A stretch of 64,000 nucleotides of DNA from Candidatus Altiarchaeales archaeon. Lineage in GTDB: Archaea; Altiarchaeota; Altiarchaeia; IMC4; SCGC-AAA252-I15. Made by a program: the position numbers and the translations under genes. The notes under the pieces were generated by a model. The model worked only from the letters and a program-made list of their open reading frames with translations. It did no database searches and was not told the origin of the DNA. Shown here in pieces: positions 28,066-38,228 of this stretch. The stretch spans positions 33,773-97,772 of the forward strand of contig WJMO01000007.1 of NCBI GenBank assembly GCA_014727915.1, given 5' to 3'. Each line of letters opens with the position of its first letter. Positions within the stretch are counted from its first letter, which is position 1.

Positions 28066-31000
28066 CTATGCTGCCGAGCCTTCAGGGGACTCCTCCCCGT
28101 TGAACCGCACACCCACTATCTGGCTCACGCCCTTCACCATCGAGACCCCGATAGCAGAGTCCATGTACTTTAGCATGTTGTTGTTGTGGGTGACCATGAA
28201 GAACTGGCTGTTGGATGCTGAGAGCATCTGAGCCAACCTTATGCTGTTACGATGGTCCAATGCGGCGTCCAGCTCGTCCACTATGTAGAAGAACGCCGGC
28301 TTGTACTGTTGTATCGCCAATAGGAACGCGCTGGATGTGAGGACCTTCTCGCCGCCGCTCATCGCATCCAATGACATCAGCCTCTTGCCCCCGGGTGACG
28401 CGTTTATCATTAGGCCGCTCTCGGATATGTTCATGGGATTGTCCAACACCAGCGTCCCGCGGCCGTCGGAGAGGTCTGCGAATATGCGCTCGAAGTTCTC
28501 CTTCACCTTCTCGAACGCCTCCATGAACGTGTTCCGCTTCTTGGTCTCGATCTTGTCCATGAAGTCGAATATGCTCTGGCGCTCGGACTTCAGCGTGTCC
28601 AATTTCCCCATGATGTCGTCGAACTCCCTCTTTATCACGTCGTAGGTTTCTATGGATCGCATGTTAACCGATCCGAAAGCCACTAGGTCCGCCTCGAGCT
28701 TCTCAGCCCTCTCGGAAAGTTCCTTGACCGACTTGTCCAACAATTCAACACCCTCGTATTTCCCGAACTCCCTCTTAAGGTCCTCCAATCGGGTCTGGAT
28801 CCTGGTCTTCTCTATTATGAACTCGTTCAGCTTCTGGCTGACCCCCTCCATCCCATGCTCGATTTCGCCTATCCTAGACGACAATGCCGTAAGCTCCTCC
28901 TCCGCGGAATCCCGCTCCTTTACAAGCTCCTCTATCTCGCCTCCCACGGACTGATGAGCCTTCTCAAGAGACTCCAAACCCTTGTGGAGGTCCTTGACCT
29001 TGGTCTCAAGCGAGCCCATCTCGGATTTCACCTCCTGCCTAGCGGACCTGACCTGATCCACCCTAGACTTCAGCTCGCCCATCTGCTGGAGTATGAAGGT
29101 CTTCTTCTCGTTCAACTTGGTCTTCTCCACCTCCAAGTCCCTTAGATCGTCCTTCAACGAGTCGAGTTTGGTTGTCTCCCCCTTCCCCCTCTTCTCCAAA
29201 AGACCCGCCAACGCCTTCTCATCATGCACTACAGACTTCTCCAGCTTCTTGACCTCCATAGAATTCTCGGATATCTGGCCCGACAGGGACTCTATGGAAC
29301 CCACTATGCCATCCAACTTTTCCCTGAGGTTCCCCCTCCGCTCGGATAGTATGTTCTTGTCGAATGTTGTGTTGTCCAGTGCTTCCTTGCTCTGGCGAAG
29401 GTTCTCCCTCAGCTTCGCCAGAGTCTGGTCCAACCTGCTCCTAACCCTGGACTTCTCGTCGTATTCAGCCTGCAAGGAACCTATGCCAGAATCCAAAGCC
29501 CCGATCTCCTTCTCCAACTCCTCGATGTTGCTGAATGTGATCTCAAACCTTTCTGGAGTGTGGCCGCCCGTCATAGCGCCCGACAGCTCCAGGAGGTCGC
29601 CGTCCAAGGTGACCATCCTCCAGGAACCTACGCCTATCTTCTTGGCGGCTGCTATGTCCTTCACCAGTATCGTGTCGCCGAACACGTACTCGAACACCTT
29701 CTTGAACTTTGCTGATGACTTGATGTAATCCCGTGCGAAACCGAGCGAACCCGCGGGAGGCTTGCCAGCCGGTTTGAAGCCTATCTTGTCTAACGGCAGG
29801 AACGTGCACCTCCCGATCTCCTTCTTCCTAAGGTAGTCTATGCACTTGGCTGCATCATCGACCTTTGAGACGACGACATGGTGCATCCGCGCCCCGGCCG
29901 CCACCTGAAGGGGCAGGTTGTACTCGGGATTAGCCACCTCACCCAACTGCATTACCGGCCCCTGTATGCCGGGTATGACCTTCTTCAAGCCCACAACCGC
30001 CCTGGCAGCCTTCTGAAGACCTCCGGAGGCGCGCATGATAGTCTGCAATTCACTCTCCTTCTTGCCCAGTAGTATGCGCTGTTCCTCCAGCCTCGCCTGC
30101 AAACCCGTTATCTCCCGGTTGGCCCTGGAATACTCCTCCTCGAATCCTTTGAAGTCCTGCAAGGCCTTGTCATAGTCGCGTTTGAGCTTGGCCACGTCCT
30201 TTATCTTCCCCTGCTCCTCCATGGACCAGTTCTTCAGCTTGGACTCAAGGGACTCCCGCTCCATCTCAAGCGTCTTCTTCTCCTCGGACTTCCTGACGTT
30301 CAGCTCAGTCAATGCCTTTATCCTCGACCTGGCCTCGTAGACCCTGTTCTTGGCCTCGTCAAGCTCGGATTCGACGGCTGGGTCTGCTGATTTCCCGGCT
30401 TCAGACTCCAGCTCCTTACCCAGCGAGGCGGTCCTCTTTTCCACGGACTCCATCTGCTCCCTCACCTTCCGCTCCTCCTCAGCCAAGAGGCTTACACGCT
30501 CCTTCTTCTCCTTCTCCTCGGACTCTAGGGAGCCCAGCTGCTCGGCTAGGATGCTCATCCTGTCCTCGTGGCGGAGTATCTCGCCCCTGGTCTCGGTTAT
30601 CTTGGTGCCGCGCTTCTCCTCCTCCAAACGCAGCACCTCGGAGTTGATCTCCCTCAGCCGCTGGTTCTTGGATTGTATCTCAGATTTGATGTCCGATATC
30701 CTCTTCAGGTTCTCCTCCCTGCCCCGTGTCATCTCCCCTGTGAGCTCGTCGATCTTCTCGTCCCGGCGCTCCAGGCTCTGGATCTCCTTGTCCAGCAGCG
30801 TGGCCTTGCAGCTTCGGAGCTCGTCGCGGATGTCAACGTACTTAATCGCCTCGTCACGCTCCTTCTTCAGCTCCCGCATGTAACCCTGCTTCTCCCCGAG
30901 TATTAGGTGGGTCTGGCCTATCCGCTCCTCCACCTTCTCCAGCTCCCGGAGGGCCTTGTCCCTTTTCTCGTCGTAGACCCCTATCCCGCAGAGGTCGTCT

Positions 31001-31443
31001 ATTATCTTTCGCCGGTCCTTGGGCCGCATCTCCACGACCTTCGTGACGTCGTCCTGCAGGATTATGTTGTATTCGCTGTCCCCCACAAGTTCCACTATCC
31101 TCTGACGGGTAGTCCGCTTGTCGTTCAACTTGTATAGGGACGTGCCATCCCGGTCGACTATCCGGGTTATCTTGTGTTTGCGGCCCTCATCATCCTTCAG
31201 GGTCAGGGAAACCACAGCCTTCGTGGCGGGTTGACCGCCCACTCCACCGTTGAATATCAGTTCCTGGAGGTTAGCAGCCCTCAAACCCCTGCTCTTCCCC
31301 AGGACGAAGCAGATGGCCTCGGTTATGTTGCTCTTACCGCTGCCGTTTGGGCCCACTACGCCTGTGAACTTGTCAGGGAACTCTAGGACGGTCTTGTCCC
31401 TGAAACTCTTGAATCCTTTCAGCTCCAACCGGGTTAAGCGCAT
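28066..31443 (-). CDS. smc: Chromosome segregation protein SMC
   Basis: GFKSF, GPNGSGKSN, coiled coils, hinge GRCTFLPL/GAMTGG, MSGGEK, VDELDAALD. Confidence 0.98.
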   Translation of the reverse strand: MRLTRLELKGFKSFRDKTVLEFPDKFTGVVGPNGSGKSNITEAICFVLGKSRGLRAANLQELIFNGGVGGQPATKAVVSLTLKDDEGRKHKITRIVDRDGTSLYKLNDKRTTRQRIVELVGDSEYNIILQDDVTKVVEMRPKDRRKIIDDLCGIGVYDEKRDKALRELEKVEERIGQTHLILGEKQGYMRELKKERDEAIKYVDIRDELRSCKATLLDKEIQSLERRDEKIDELTGEMTRGREENLKRISDIKSEIQSKNQRLREINSEVLRLEEEKRGTKITETRGEILRHEDRMSILAEQLGSLESEEKEKKERVSLLAEEERKVREQMESVEKRTASLGKELESEAGKSADPAVESELDEAKNRVYEARSRIKALTELNVRKSEEKKTLEMERESLESKLKNWSMEEQGKIKDVAKLKRDYDKALQDFKGFEEEYSRANREITGLQARLEEQRILLGKKESELQTIMRASGGLQKAARAVVGLKKVIPGIQGPVMQLGEVANPEYNLPLQVAAGARMHHVVVSKVDDAAKCIDYLRKKEIGRCTFLPLDKIGFKPAGKPPAGSLGFARDYIKSSAKFKKVFEYVFGDTILVKDIAAAKKIGVGSWRMVTLDGDLLELSGAMTGGHTPERFEITFSNIEELEKEIGALDSGIGSLQAEYDEKSRVRSRLDQTLAKLRENLRQSKEALDNTTFDKNILSERRGNLREKLDGIVGSIESLSGQISENSMEVKKLEKSVVHDEKALAGLLEKRGKGETTKLDSLKDDLRDLEVEKTKLNEKKTFILQQMGELKSRVDQVRSARQEVKSEMGSLETKVKDLHKGLESLEKAHQSVGGEIEELVKERDSAEEELTALSSRIGEIEHGMEGVSQKLNEFIIEKTRIQTRLEDLKREFGKYEGVELLDKSVKELSERAEKLEADLVAFGSVNMRSIETYDVIKREFDDIMGKLDTLKSERQSIFDFMDKIETKKRNTFMEAFEKVKENFERIFADLSDGRGTLVLDNPMNISESGLMINASPGGKRLMSLDAMSGGEKVLTSSAFLLAIQQYKPAFFYIVDELDAALDHRNSIRLAQMLSASNSQFFMVTHNNNMLKYMDSAIGVSMVKGVSQIVGVRFNGEESPEGSAA

Positions 31444-31524
31444 CTAATTCCTCCCCAAGACTCGCCTGCAACCAGCCAACCCTTCATTCCAATTAATTAG
31501 ATGTAGGCGTTTAAATTTAACAGC

Positions 31525-32079
31525 ATGATAGCCGTAACCTACAATGTAGAGAGGTACAGGAGTCTGCTCGCCGACACCGTCCGTGCGGGGGATGTCGTGC
31601 TGGAGATCGGCCCCCACAGGTGCAAGAGCACCGAGGAATACGTCGCCAAGGCAGGCAAGGCCATACTGGTCGACAAGGGCCACGACTGCAGTTCAAAGCT
31701 GGAGGAATACGCCGACGAGCGTGAGAATGTCACCTTCGTCTTCGGGGACGTGCGCGGCTTCGACGCCGTGAAGCTCGTCCTACATCACATCAGCGAATGC
31801 GATGTGATGGCCGTGGACCTGGGCGGGGGCAGGTTCCCGGACACGGTGTTCAAGGTCTGGGCCACCTGGTCAGGGATATTCAAGCCAAGGGACTCTATAA
31901 TAAGGTGCCGTGGGCTGGCGGAGTTCCTGAAAAGGGCGGAGATACGGGATGAGAGCCTCCCAGGAAAATTCAGGGATAGCGGGTGGCTGGAGGACTACGG
32001 GCGGAAGACACCCTACAACCTGAAGAAGCAGTTGGACGAGATAGGCCACTGGGTCGACATAAACCAACCACTGGATTGA
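31525..32079 (+). CDS. Class I SAM-dependent methyltransferase-like protein
   Basis: VVLEIGPH motif I, VDK, FGDV, DLGGGR. Confidence 0.7.
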   Translation: MIAVTYNVERYRSLLADTVRAGDVVLEIGPHRCKSTEEYVAKAGKAILVDKGHDCSSKLEEYADERENVTFVFGDVRGFDAVKLVLHHISECDVMAVDLGGGRFPDTVFKVWATWSGIFKPRDSIIRCRGLAEFLKRAEIRDESLPGKFRDSGWLEDYGRKTPYNLKKQLDEIGHWVDINQPLD

Positions 32080-32140
32080 CTTTTTTTTCTTAAACTATTT
32101 TGAAAAATTTCAAAATAATTTAAAAAGGCGGGTGGGTGAT

Positions 32141-34459
32141 TCACCCGCCGAATATCATCTTCCGCAGGCGTGCCAGTATGCCCTTCGGCTCCTCCTCCTG
32201 GGTCCGGACAGTGGAGGTGCTGCCTTGCCTGACGCACTCGCACTTGGCTGCTCCGCTGTCGTCCACCATGTAATCACATGTGTAGCCTCTCGGGCAATCT
32301 CCCTCGACGCACGTGTTAGGAGATGCGTACTCTATCGCCTCGCATCGTATCGTCTCCAACGTGGTGGTGGGCGACGTCTCCCTGCACTTGCAGTAGTTCA
32401 CGCCCGCACTGTCGGTCACGACCGTGCATGTGTATCCTGGCGGGCACGCTGCCATCTTGCAGCTTTCTGCCGTGGGGTCTGTCACGTCGCTGCACTTCCT
32501 CCCTGGGACAGTCGAGGGTGGCACTCCCTGGATGCACCTGCAAACTCCCGCAGCTCCTGCCGCCTCCTGGACGTGCTTGCACTTGTGCTGTGGCGGGCAG
32601 AGGCCCTCGACGCACCGGTCATCGGAGGCTGGGTATATGCCCTCGCACTTCATCTGACCTGGCAATGTGGTGGAAGTGGGTGATACGCACCTGCACATGC
32701 CCGAGTCCGCGGAGGTTGCTCCTGGTATGAACCTGCACTTGCTATCCTCCGGGCAGAGGCCTTCGGCGCACTTTTCAGCTGATGCCGGGTATACGCCGTC
32801 GCATTTCACCTGGCCGGGCAGTGTGGTTGTGGTGGGCGTCTCATAGCCTACGCACACGCACTTGGACACCTGGGCGCTGCCGAACGTGTAGGTAATGACC
32901 CTGCACTTCTGTTCCGGCGGGCACAGGGCTGCCTTGCAGGACTCGGGGGTCGCGTAGTCGACGGCCTCGCACTTCTCCTGGGTTGGCAGGGTGGTTGAGG
33001 TTGCTCCCGGCCCTTCAGCGCAGACACAGCCGGAAACCTGGGTGCTGCCGAACGTGTAGGTAATGAGGCTGCAGCTCTGGCCGGGCGGGCATGAGGCTGG
33101 CTTGCAGGTCTCATGTGACGGGTATGCCACATCCTCGCATGGCCCTGGCTCCATCGTTGTTGTCGTCACAGGTATGCACTTGCAGTAGTTCGCATCTGCG
33201 GCGGTCGGGTTGATGACCATCCTGCACTCGTGGCCTGGAGGACATGGGCCCTCCTTGCATCTCGCAGCCGATGCTGGATAGATGGCCTCGCACCTCACCT
33301 GCCCTGGCAGTGTTGTTGTTGTGGTCTCCTTGAGTACGCACTTGCACCTGCCAGCGTTAGCTGCCGACGCCAGTTGGACGTACTTGCACTCGTAGTCCGT
33401 CGGGCACTCGGCTGCTTCGCACCTGTCCGGGGACGGGTACTGCTGGGCCTCGCACCTCCGGGAGGGGATGGTCGTCGTGGGCGTCTCGCAGACGCACCTC
33501 GCGGGTGTCTGCAATGCGGCAAGCGAAGCTGAGGATACGGTTCCCGGCTTGTAGACGCATCTCTGCCCTGGCGGGCATCTTCCACTGCACGTGTTCGGCG
33601 ACGGGCGGTCTATCGCCTCGCACCGTGTTTGTAGGGTGGTGGTCGTTGCCGTGTCGTCAGGTTCGCATGAGCACTTGAGCACGCACGAGTACCCGGGGGG
33701 GCAGTAGCCGCTTAGACAATTAGACCTGGTAGGGGCGTATATCCCAGAACACCTTGTCGTGGCGGGCTGGGTGGTGGTGGTCGCCTGCACGCACTGGCAC
33801 TTCCCCGTGTTGGCTGCCGCAGCCGAGGGCACGTACCTGCATGTGTAGTCTGTGGGGCAGACGCCGACCGCGCACCTGTCGGGGGACGCGTAGGCGAGCG
33901 CCTCGCACCTCTGGGATGAGGGTATTGTAGTGGTTGTGTCGCAAACGCATTTTCCGGCTATGTTGGCTGCCAGGTATCCGGGGGATGTCCCGGCCTTGTA
34001 CACGCAACTGGTCCCGGCGGGGCATACTCCGCTGCAGGTGTTCGGGGTCGGGTTGGAGACGTCCTCGCACCTCCGTAACGTGGAGGTCATTGTAGTGGTT
34101 GTGGTCTCCCTGCATTTGCAGGAGCCGGCATTCGCGGTCGTGACCGAGGGCACGTACGCGCATGTGAGGCCGTCATCGCAGACGCCGACCGCGCATCGTG
34201 CGTCGCTGTTGTACTGGAGACGCTCGCAGGGTGTGCCGGACTGGGTCGTGGTTGTCCGCAGGGTCAGCCCGTCGGGATCATATGCGGTTATGTGAGGCTG
34301 TCTTAGGGTGGTTGTCGTGATCGTTATGTCGGAGACCCTTTTGATGTTGTCTGTGCCCAATGTCGCGGCAGCCGCCAAACCCACAACGAGGAGTAAGATA
34401 AAAGAGACAGTTGCCAGCCTAGATTTTGAAATATGGTTTGCCATAGAAGACAATGACAT
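32141..34459 (-). CDS. Secreted protein with 13 six-Cys modules separated by Thr-rich linkers
   Basis: Signal peptide; repeat C-x10-C-x3/4-C-x5-C-xn-C-x-C counted by hand; amphipathic C-terminus GILARLRKMIFGG. Confidence 0.85.
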   Translation of the reverse strand: MSLSSMANHISKSRLATVSFILLLVVGLAAAATLGTDNIKRVSDITITTTTLRQPHITAYDPDGLTLRTTTTQSGTPCERLQYNSDARCAVGVCDDGLTCAYVPSVTTANAGSCKCRETTTTTMTSTLRRCEDVSNPTPNTCSGVCPAGTSCVYKAGTSPGYLAANIAGKCVCDTTTTIPSSQRCEALAYASPDRCAVGVCPTDYTCRYVPSAAAANTGKCQCVQATTTTQPATTRCSGIYAPTRSNCLSGYCPPGYSCVLKCSCEPDDTATTTTLQTRCEAIDRPSPNTCSGRCPPGQRCVYKPGTVSSASLAALQTPARCVCETPTTTIPSRRCEAQQYPSPDRCEAAECPTDYECKYVQLASAANAGRCKCVLKETTTTTLPGQVRCEAIYPASAARCKEGPCPPGHECRMVINPTAADANYCKCIPVTTTTMEPGPCEDVAYPSHETCKPASCPPGQSCSLITYTFGSTQVSGCVCAEGPGATSTTLPTQEKCEAVDYATPESCKAALCPPEQKCRVITYTFGSAQVSKCVCVGYETPTTTTLPGQVKCDGVYPASAEKCAEGLCPEDSKCRFIPGATSADSGMCRCVSPTSTTLPGQMKCEGIYPASDDRCVEGLCPPQHKCKHVQEAAGAAGVCRCIQGVPPSTVPGRKCSDVTDPTAESCKMAACPPGYTCTVVTDSAGVNYCKCRETSPTTTLETIRCEAIEYASPNTCVEGDCPRGYTCDYMVDDSGAAKCECVRQGSTSTVRTQEEEPKGILARLRKMIFGG

Positions 34460-34477
34460 AGCACGGTATATAAGCTT

Positions 34478-35131
34478 TCAGATCACTGCCTTCTCGTATT
34501 CCTTTACCTCGTCCCAGGTTATGGCGCATCCGGAGAACTTGAGCGCTGACAATGCCGCGCCAAGTACGTCCTTGTCAGCCACCCCATGCATCCGAGTCAG
34601 TATGCCCTTCTCATACGCCACCGCAGTGACCTCCGCAGACCTGATGACCGGTATGTCCGGCATAAGCTCCTTGATTTCCCTGAGGGCCTGGTCGTCCATG
34701 TTCACCTCCTTCTTGTTGCGGTGGGAGAGGAGCTTCCTTAGCTCATAGGGGTCTTCCATCAGGAGGCGGGTGGTCCTCTCGTCTATCAACAGGGCCTTGG
34801 CGTTCATCTCTCCCGCAAGGCCTATAGCCTCTGACTCCGCGGCATGGATTATCTTAAGGTTCTTGCCTTTTATACTGTATATTTTGTTGGCTGCTGAGAG
34901 TATCCTGTCCCCCAGGTCAGACTCGCATTTCCTGACGACCAGCGAACCGGATTTTATGAGCTGGTTTATCCGCATGGACTCCAACGCGAACCTCTTGCTC
35001 CCCGAGGGCTTGGAGATGATCTCCTCGTACACCTTCGGTGTTATTGTGAACTCCACGCCCAACTTGCCAATAACCGGGCAGAGGCAGTTGACTGCCATGG
35101 ATATTATGCTGCTCGAGTCTACTACGATCAT
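34478..35131 (-). CDS. PIN-domain protein
   Basis: IVVDSSSII, KVYEEI, AESEAI, LLIDER acidic residues. Confidence 0.8.
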   Translation of the reverse strand: MIVVDSSSIISMAVNCLCPVIGKLGVEFTITPKVYEEIISKPSGSKRFALESMRINQLIKSGSLVVRKCESDLGDRILSAANKIYSIKGKNLKIIHAAESEAIGLAGEMNAKALLIDERTTRLLMEDPYELRKLLSHRNKKEVNMDDQALREIKELMPDIPVIRSAEVTAVAYEKGILTRMHGVADKDVLGAALSALKFSGCAITWDEVKEYEKAVI

Positions 35132-35168
35132 TGTTTATTAATGGTAACATTATAAGATATACAGCAGA

Positions 35169-35717
35169 ATGGCGGTCCCTGTTAAGATAGAGAATATCGT
35201 CTCAGCCATCACCCTCGGAATCCGGATCGACCTCAGGAAATTCGTGGACAAGGTCAGGGGCGTCGAGTATAACCCTGAGAACTTCCCTGGAGTAGTGTAT
35301 AGGGTACATGAGCCCAAGGTTTCGATGCTCATATTCAGCAGCGGCAAGGTGATATGCACTGGTGCGAGGGGTGAGGAGGACATTGACGCGGCGGTGGACC
35401 AGTTGAAGGTCAAACTGGGAGAGGGCGGTGTTAGGGTCAAGGGAGCTCCCGTTATAGAGATACAGAATATTGTGGCAAGCAGCAGCGTGGACGTGAAGGT
35501 GAACCTGGACCAGCTGGCCATAGAATGCTTCAACACAGAATACGAGCCCGAGCAGTTCCCTGGCCTCGTCTACAGGCTTGAGCAGCCCAAGACGGTGATG
35601 CTCATATTCAGAAGTGGGAAGATGATAATCACGGGCGCCAAGAACACCGAGGACATAAGGGTCGCAGCCGAGAAGACAAGGGATATGATACACGAGTACA
35701 AGGCTATAATTGAGTGA
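35169..35717 (+). CDS. tbp: TATA-box binding protein
   Basis: Two repeats NIV...YxPExFPGxVYR...LIFxSGKxIxTGA. Confidence 0.98.
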   Translation: MAVPVKIENIVSAITLGIRIDLRKFVDKVRGVEYNPENFPGVVYRVHEPKVSMLIFSSGKVICTGARGEEDIDAAVDQLKVKLGEGGVRVKGAPVIEIQNIVASSSVDVKVNLDQLAIECFNTEYEPEQFPGLVYRLEQPKTVMLIFRSGKMIITGAKNTEDIRVAAEKTRDMIHEYKAIIE

Positions 35718-35840
35718 AAATCAGCCGCTTAGGGTGCACTGTGCTAATTTAGGGGCAAAAACAGAACCAAATGGTTTTTAAAGTATGAAAAGAAAGATAT
35801 AATCTGAAAACTAATTTTTTATATAAACGAGGGGGAAAAC

Positions 35841-36449
35841 ATGAAGAAACTAGGAAATAAAGGTTTGATGGGAATCGGGACGCTGATAATATTTATTGCG
35901 GTGATCCTGGTTGCCGCCGTAGCCGCTGCCGTTCTGGTTTCGACCTCTGGCAGCCTACAGCAGAGGTCGTTAACGACCGGATCCCAGGCGGAAGAAGGTG
36001 TCTCAACGGGCGCTGAGGCCGTTTCAGTCATGGCGACTGACGGTTCCACAGGCCACGACCTCGAGCACTTCGAGGTTCTTTTGAGGCTCCAGGCTGGAAG
36101 CGAAGCACTGAACTTGAACAACACGGTTGTCCTCGTGGACACTGCGACCACATCGCAGAGCCTTGACTACGGCGGTGCCGTGGCCGATGGTACGGAGTCG
36201 AGCAACACTTACTCGTACGCCGTTACGTACGTGAAGCAGGGCCCCGACTACGAGCAGGACTACCTGAGCCGTGGTGACGTCATAAAGATGAAGTTCAGGT
36301 GCGACGACTGCACGTCAGGTGACACCGGCGGCATCGGCGAGAACAAGAAGGTGCGGATAAAGATTATCCCACGTGTCGGAACGACCTCGATCATCGAGTT
36401 CACGACACCGGACGTTGTCACCGACCAGAGAATAACGCTCTGGCCGTAG
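35841..36449 (+). CDS. flaB: Archaellin (FlaB/ArlB family)
   Basis: NKG|LMGIGTLIIFIAVILVAAVAAAVLV...LQQRS. Confidence 0.92.
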   Translation: MKKLGNKGLMGIGTLIIFIAVILVAAVAAAVLVSTSGSLQQRSLTTGSQAEEGVSTGAEAVSVMATDGSTGHDLEHFEVLLRLQAGSEALNLNNTVVLVDTATTSQSLDYGGAVADGTESSNTYSYAVTYVKQGPDYEQDYLSRGDVIKMKFRCDDCTSGDTGGIGENKKVRIKIIPRVGTTSIIEFTTPDVVTDQRITLWP

Positions 36450-36463
36450 ACGATTAACCCATC

Positions 36464-36503
36464 GGGGGCATAAGCCCCCAAAACTTCTCTTTTTCTATTT
36501 TTT
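36464..36503 (+). terminator. Hairpin plus T-tract terminator of the archaellin gene
   Basis: GGGGGC-ATAA-GCCCCC followed by pyrimidine/T runs. Confidence 0.7.
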
Positions 36504-36557
36504 CTCAAAAACCCAGCTAAGGCTATTTATTCCCGTTCTTCCAGATAATCGTATAAG

Positions 36558-37463
36558 ATGAGCAAGCCAGCCAGGGACATCCGGACCGCGGAGATACTCG
36601 ACCGGGAGGAGATCGCCAGGGCTATGAGAGGTCAAGTCGATGAAAAAGTTGCTGACGTTGGTGTTGACCGTGGTCTGGAGGGCCACATAGTTGCTGTTAA
36701 GCGGTTGAACGACGAGGCTGTCACCAGGTTCAGGGGCTTGGACAGCAGGTTCTACGTGGTCACCGCGGGGCACCCTACTAGGGAACAAAAGGATTTTGGA
36801 TTGGTGAATGGTGAGAGACGGGAAGTGGTAAGGACTGTCGACAGCCCCCATGACCTGATCGTCTTTGATGTTAAGGGCGTGCTGGACGTTCCGAACCGTG
36901 ACCGTGAGGATAACGAGCCTGTGAGGGCTGTCACAGGGGTTGTGTTGGATGGGCAGAGCTGCGCGGTGAAGCACACCTGTCTTGTGCTGGGAGTCGCTCC
37001 AGACGATTTCAAGCTTCCGGGGCCGAGATTATCGGATGATGATGTCGATTCATTAGGCCGTCTGGGAGTATTCCCTCCGAAAAGCAGGGACCTTAACATG
37101 TTAAAGGGGAGGAGGCTTGCTTTTTTGATGTACCGGCATCCGCTGCAGGAGGGCATGCCCGTTGGCTTCTTCAACCAGGATGGTAGCACGGACAGTTTCT
37201 TTGGGAACCTGACAGTTAACGTGAGCCCGGCCATTACGGACGTTGAGGCGAGGGTTGACGTGGGGGCGGATACAAGCACCGTTATGATCAGGAAGGGTGC
37301 TAGGGAGGTTGACAGGAGACTAGAGAGCGTTTTAGCGGGTGATACCAGGAACCCCAACGACATAGCGGGCATATTGGACGACCTCCGGGGGGTTTCAGGA
37401 GAGAGCAGGAGATGGCACAATCAGAGGGAGGTGAGAGACAGCGGGATAATTCCGGGGAGATGA
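36558..37463 (+). CDS. Hypothetical protein
   Basis: 301-aa ORF, no motif recognised. Confidence 0.6.
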   Translation: MSKPARDIRTAEILDREEIARAMRGQVDEKVADVGVDRGLEGHIVAVKRLNDEAVTRFRGLDSRFYVVTAGHPTREQKDFGLVNGERREVVRTVDSPHDLIVFDVKGVLDVPNRDREDNEPVRAVTGVVLDGQSCAVKHTCLVLGVAPDDFKLPGPRLSDDDVDSLGRLGVFPPKSRDLNMLKGRRLAFLMYRHPLQEGMPVGFFNQDGSTDSFFGNLTVNVSPAITDVEARVDVGADTSTVMIRKGAREVDRRLESVLAGDTRNPNDIAGILDDLRGVSGESRRWHNQREVRDSGIIPGR

Positions 37464-37468
37464 TAGTT

Positions 37469-37870
37469 TCATTTGAGTATTGATAGTTTGCAGTTTTCCA
37501 CGCCGCGTATGGCGCTCAGTCCGCCGTAGAGTTCCCGTATCTTTACTGCTTCGCCTTCGACTATCAGGACTTCCACGCATTCTGCGTGTGTTATGTGACT
37601 GTGCATCGTGGATTTGATGCTGGTTTCGTGTTTGTGCTGCAATTCCACCAGTTTCTTGTTCACGTCGGAGACGTGATGGTCGTATAGGTAGGATATCGTT
37701 CCGGTAGCCTTGCCGTTCGACCTGGGACGCTTCTGCGTTATGAATTCGCGCACTGCGTCGGCTATGGCTTTGCTGCGGTTGGAGTAGCCCAGGTCTTCTA
37801 TGAGCCTGTCAAACCTCTCGACCAGCTTGCCGGGGAGGGAGACCCCGAATCGTGTCACCCTGTCAGCCAT
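37469..37870 (-). CDS. nikR: Nickel-responsive regulator NikR
   Basis: RFGVSL ribbon-helix-helix, YSNRSKAI, YDHH, QH, HSH...C Ni site. Confidence 0.95.
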   Translation of the reverse strand: MADRVTRFGVSLPGKLVERFDRLIEDLGYSNRSKAIADAVREFITQKRPRSNGKATGTISYLYDHHVSDVNKKLVELQHKHETSIKSTMHSHITHAECVEVLIVEGEAVKIRELYGGLSAIRGVENCKLSILK

Positions 37871-37895
37871 CCAATGTCACCATGCTTTTATATGT

Positions 37896-37922
37896 GTAAC
37901 ACAAATTTAAAAAGAGTGTTAT
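37896..37922. promoter_or_regulatory. Putative NikR operator GTAACAC-N13-GTGTTAT
   Basis: Perfect TAACAC/GTGTTA inverted repeat flanking TTTAAAA in the divergent intergenic region. Confidence 0.7.
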
Positions 37923-37931
37923 GGTGATTGT

Positions 37932-38222
37932 ATGTGGTTGATTGTCTCGTCTGTGGCGGCTGTTGCGGTGACCGCATTGTGGGCCTTTACTCCGAAGAAG
38001 TACAAGCTGGGCAGCCTTGCCATAATGCTGTGGGGGCTTTCGCTGATGATATTCGTGGATCATGCCCTGGGATATGAGGGAGGTCCGTTCATCGAGATGG
38101 AAACCGACGGACTGATTGAGAGCGGGACAGTATTGGGGATCGCGATGATCATGCCGTTATTTATTATCTGGGAGATCCAACTAGTTATTTCAAAGATGAG
38201 AGGAGAGCTAAATACGAGGTGA
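37932..38222 (+). CDS. Small 3-TM membrane protein, putative Ni-transporter subunit
   Basis: KYKLG...WGLSLMIFVDH. Confidence 0.75.
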   Translation: MWLIVSSVAAVAVTALWAFTPKKYKLGSLAIMLWGLSLMIFVDHALGYEGGPFIEMETDGLIESGTVLGIAMIMPLFIIWEIQLVISKMRGELNTR

Positions 38223-38228
38223 AATAGG

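Noticed and set aside
32099-32114. TTGAA-AAAT-TTCAA palindrome
   Set aside because: 4-bp spacer and located between convergent genes; more likely AT-rich terminator sequence than an Lrp box
34478-35131. VapBC toxin-antitoxin pair
   Set aside because: No adjacent antitoxin ORF, and the protein is longer than a typical VapC
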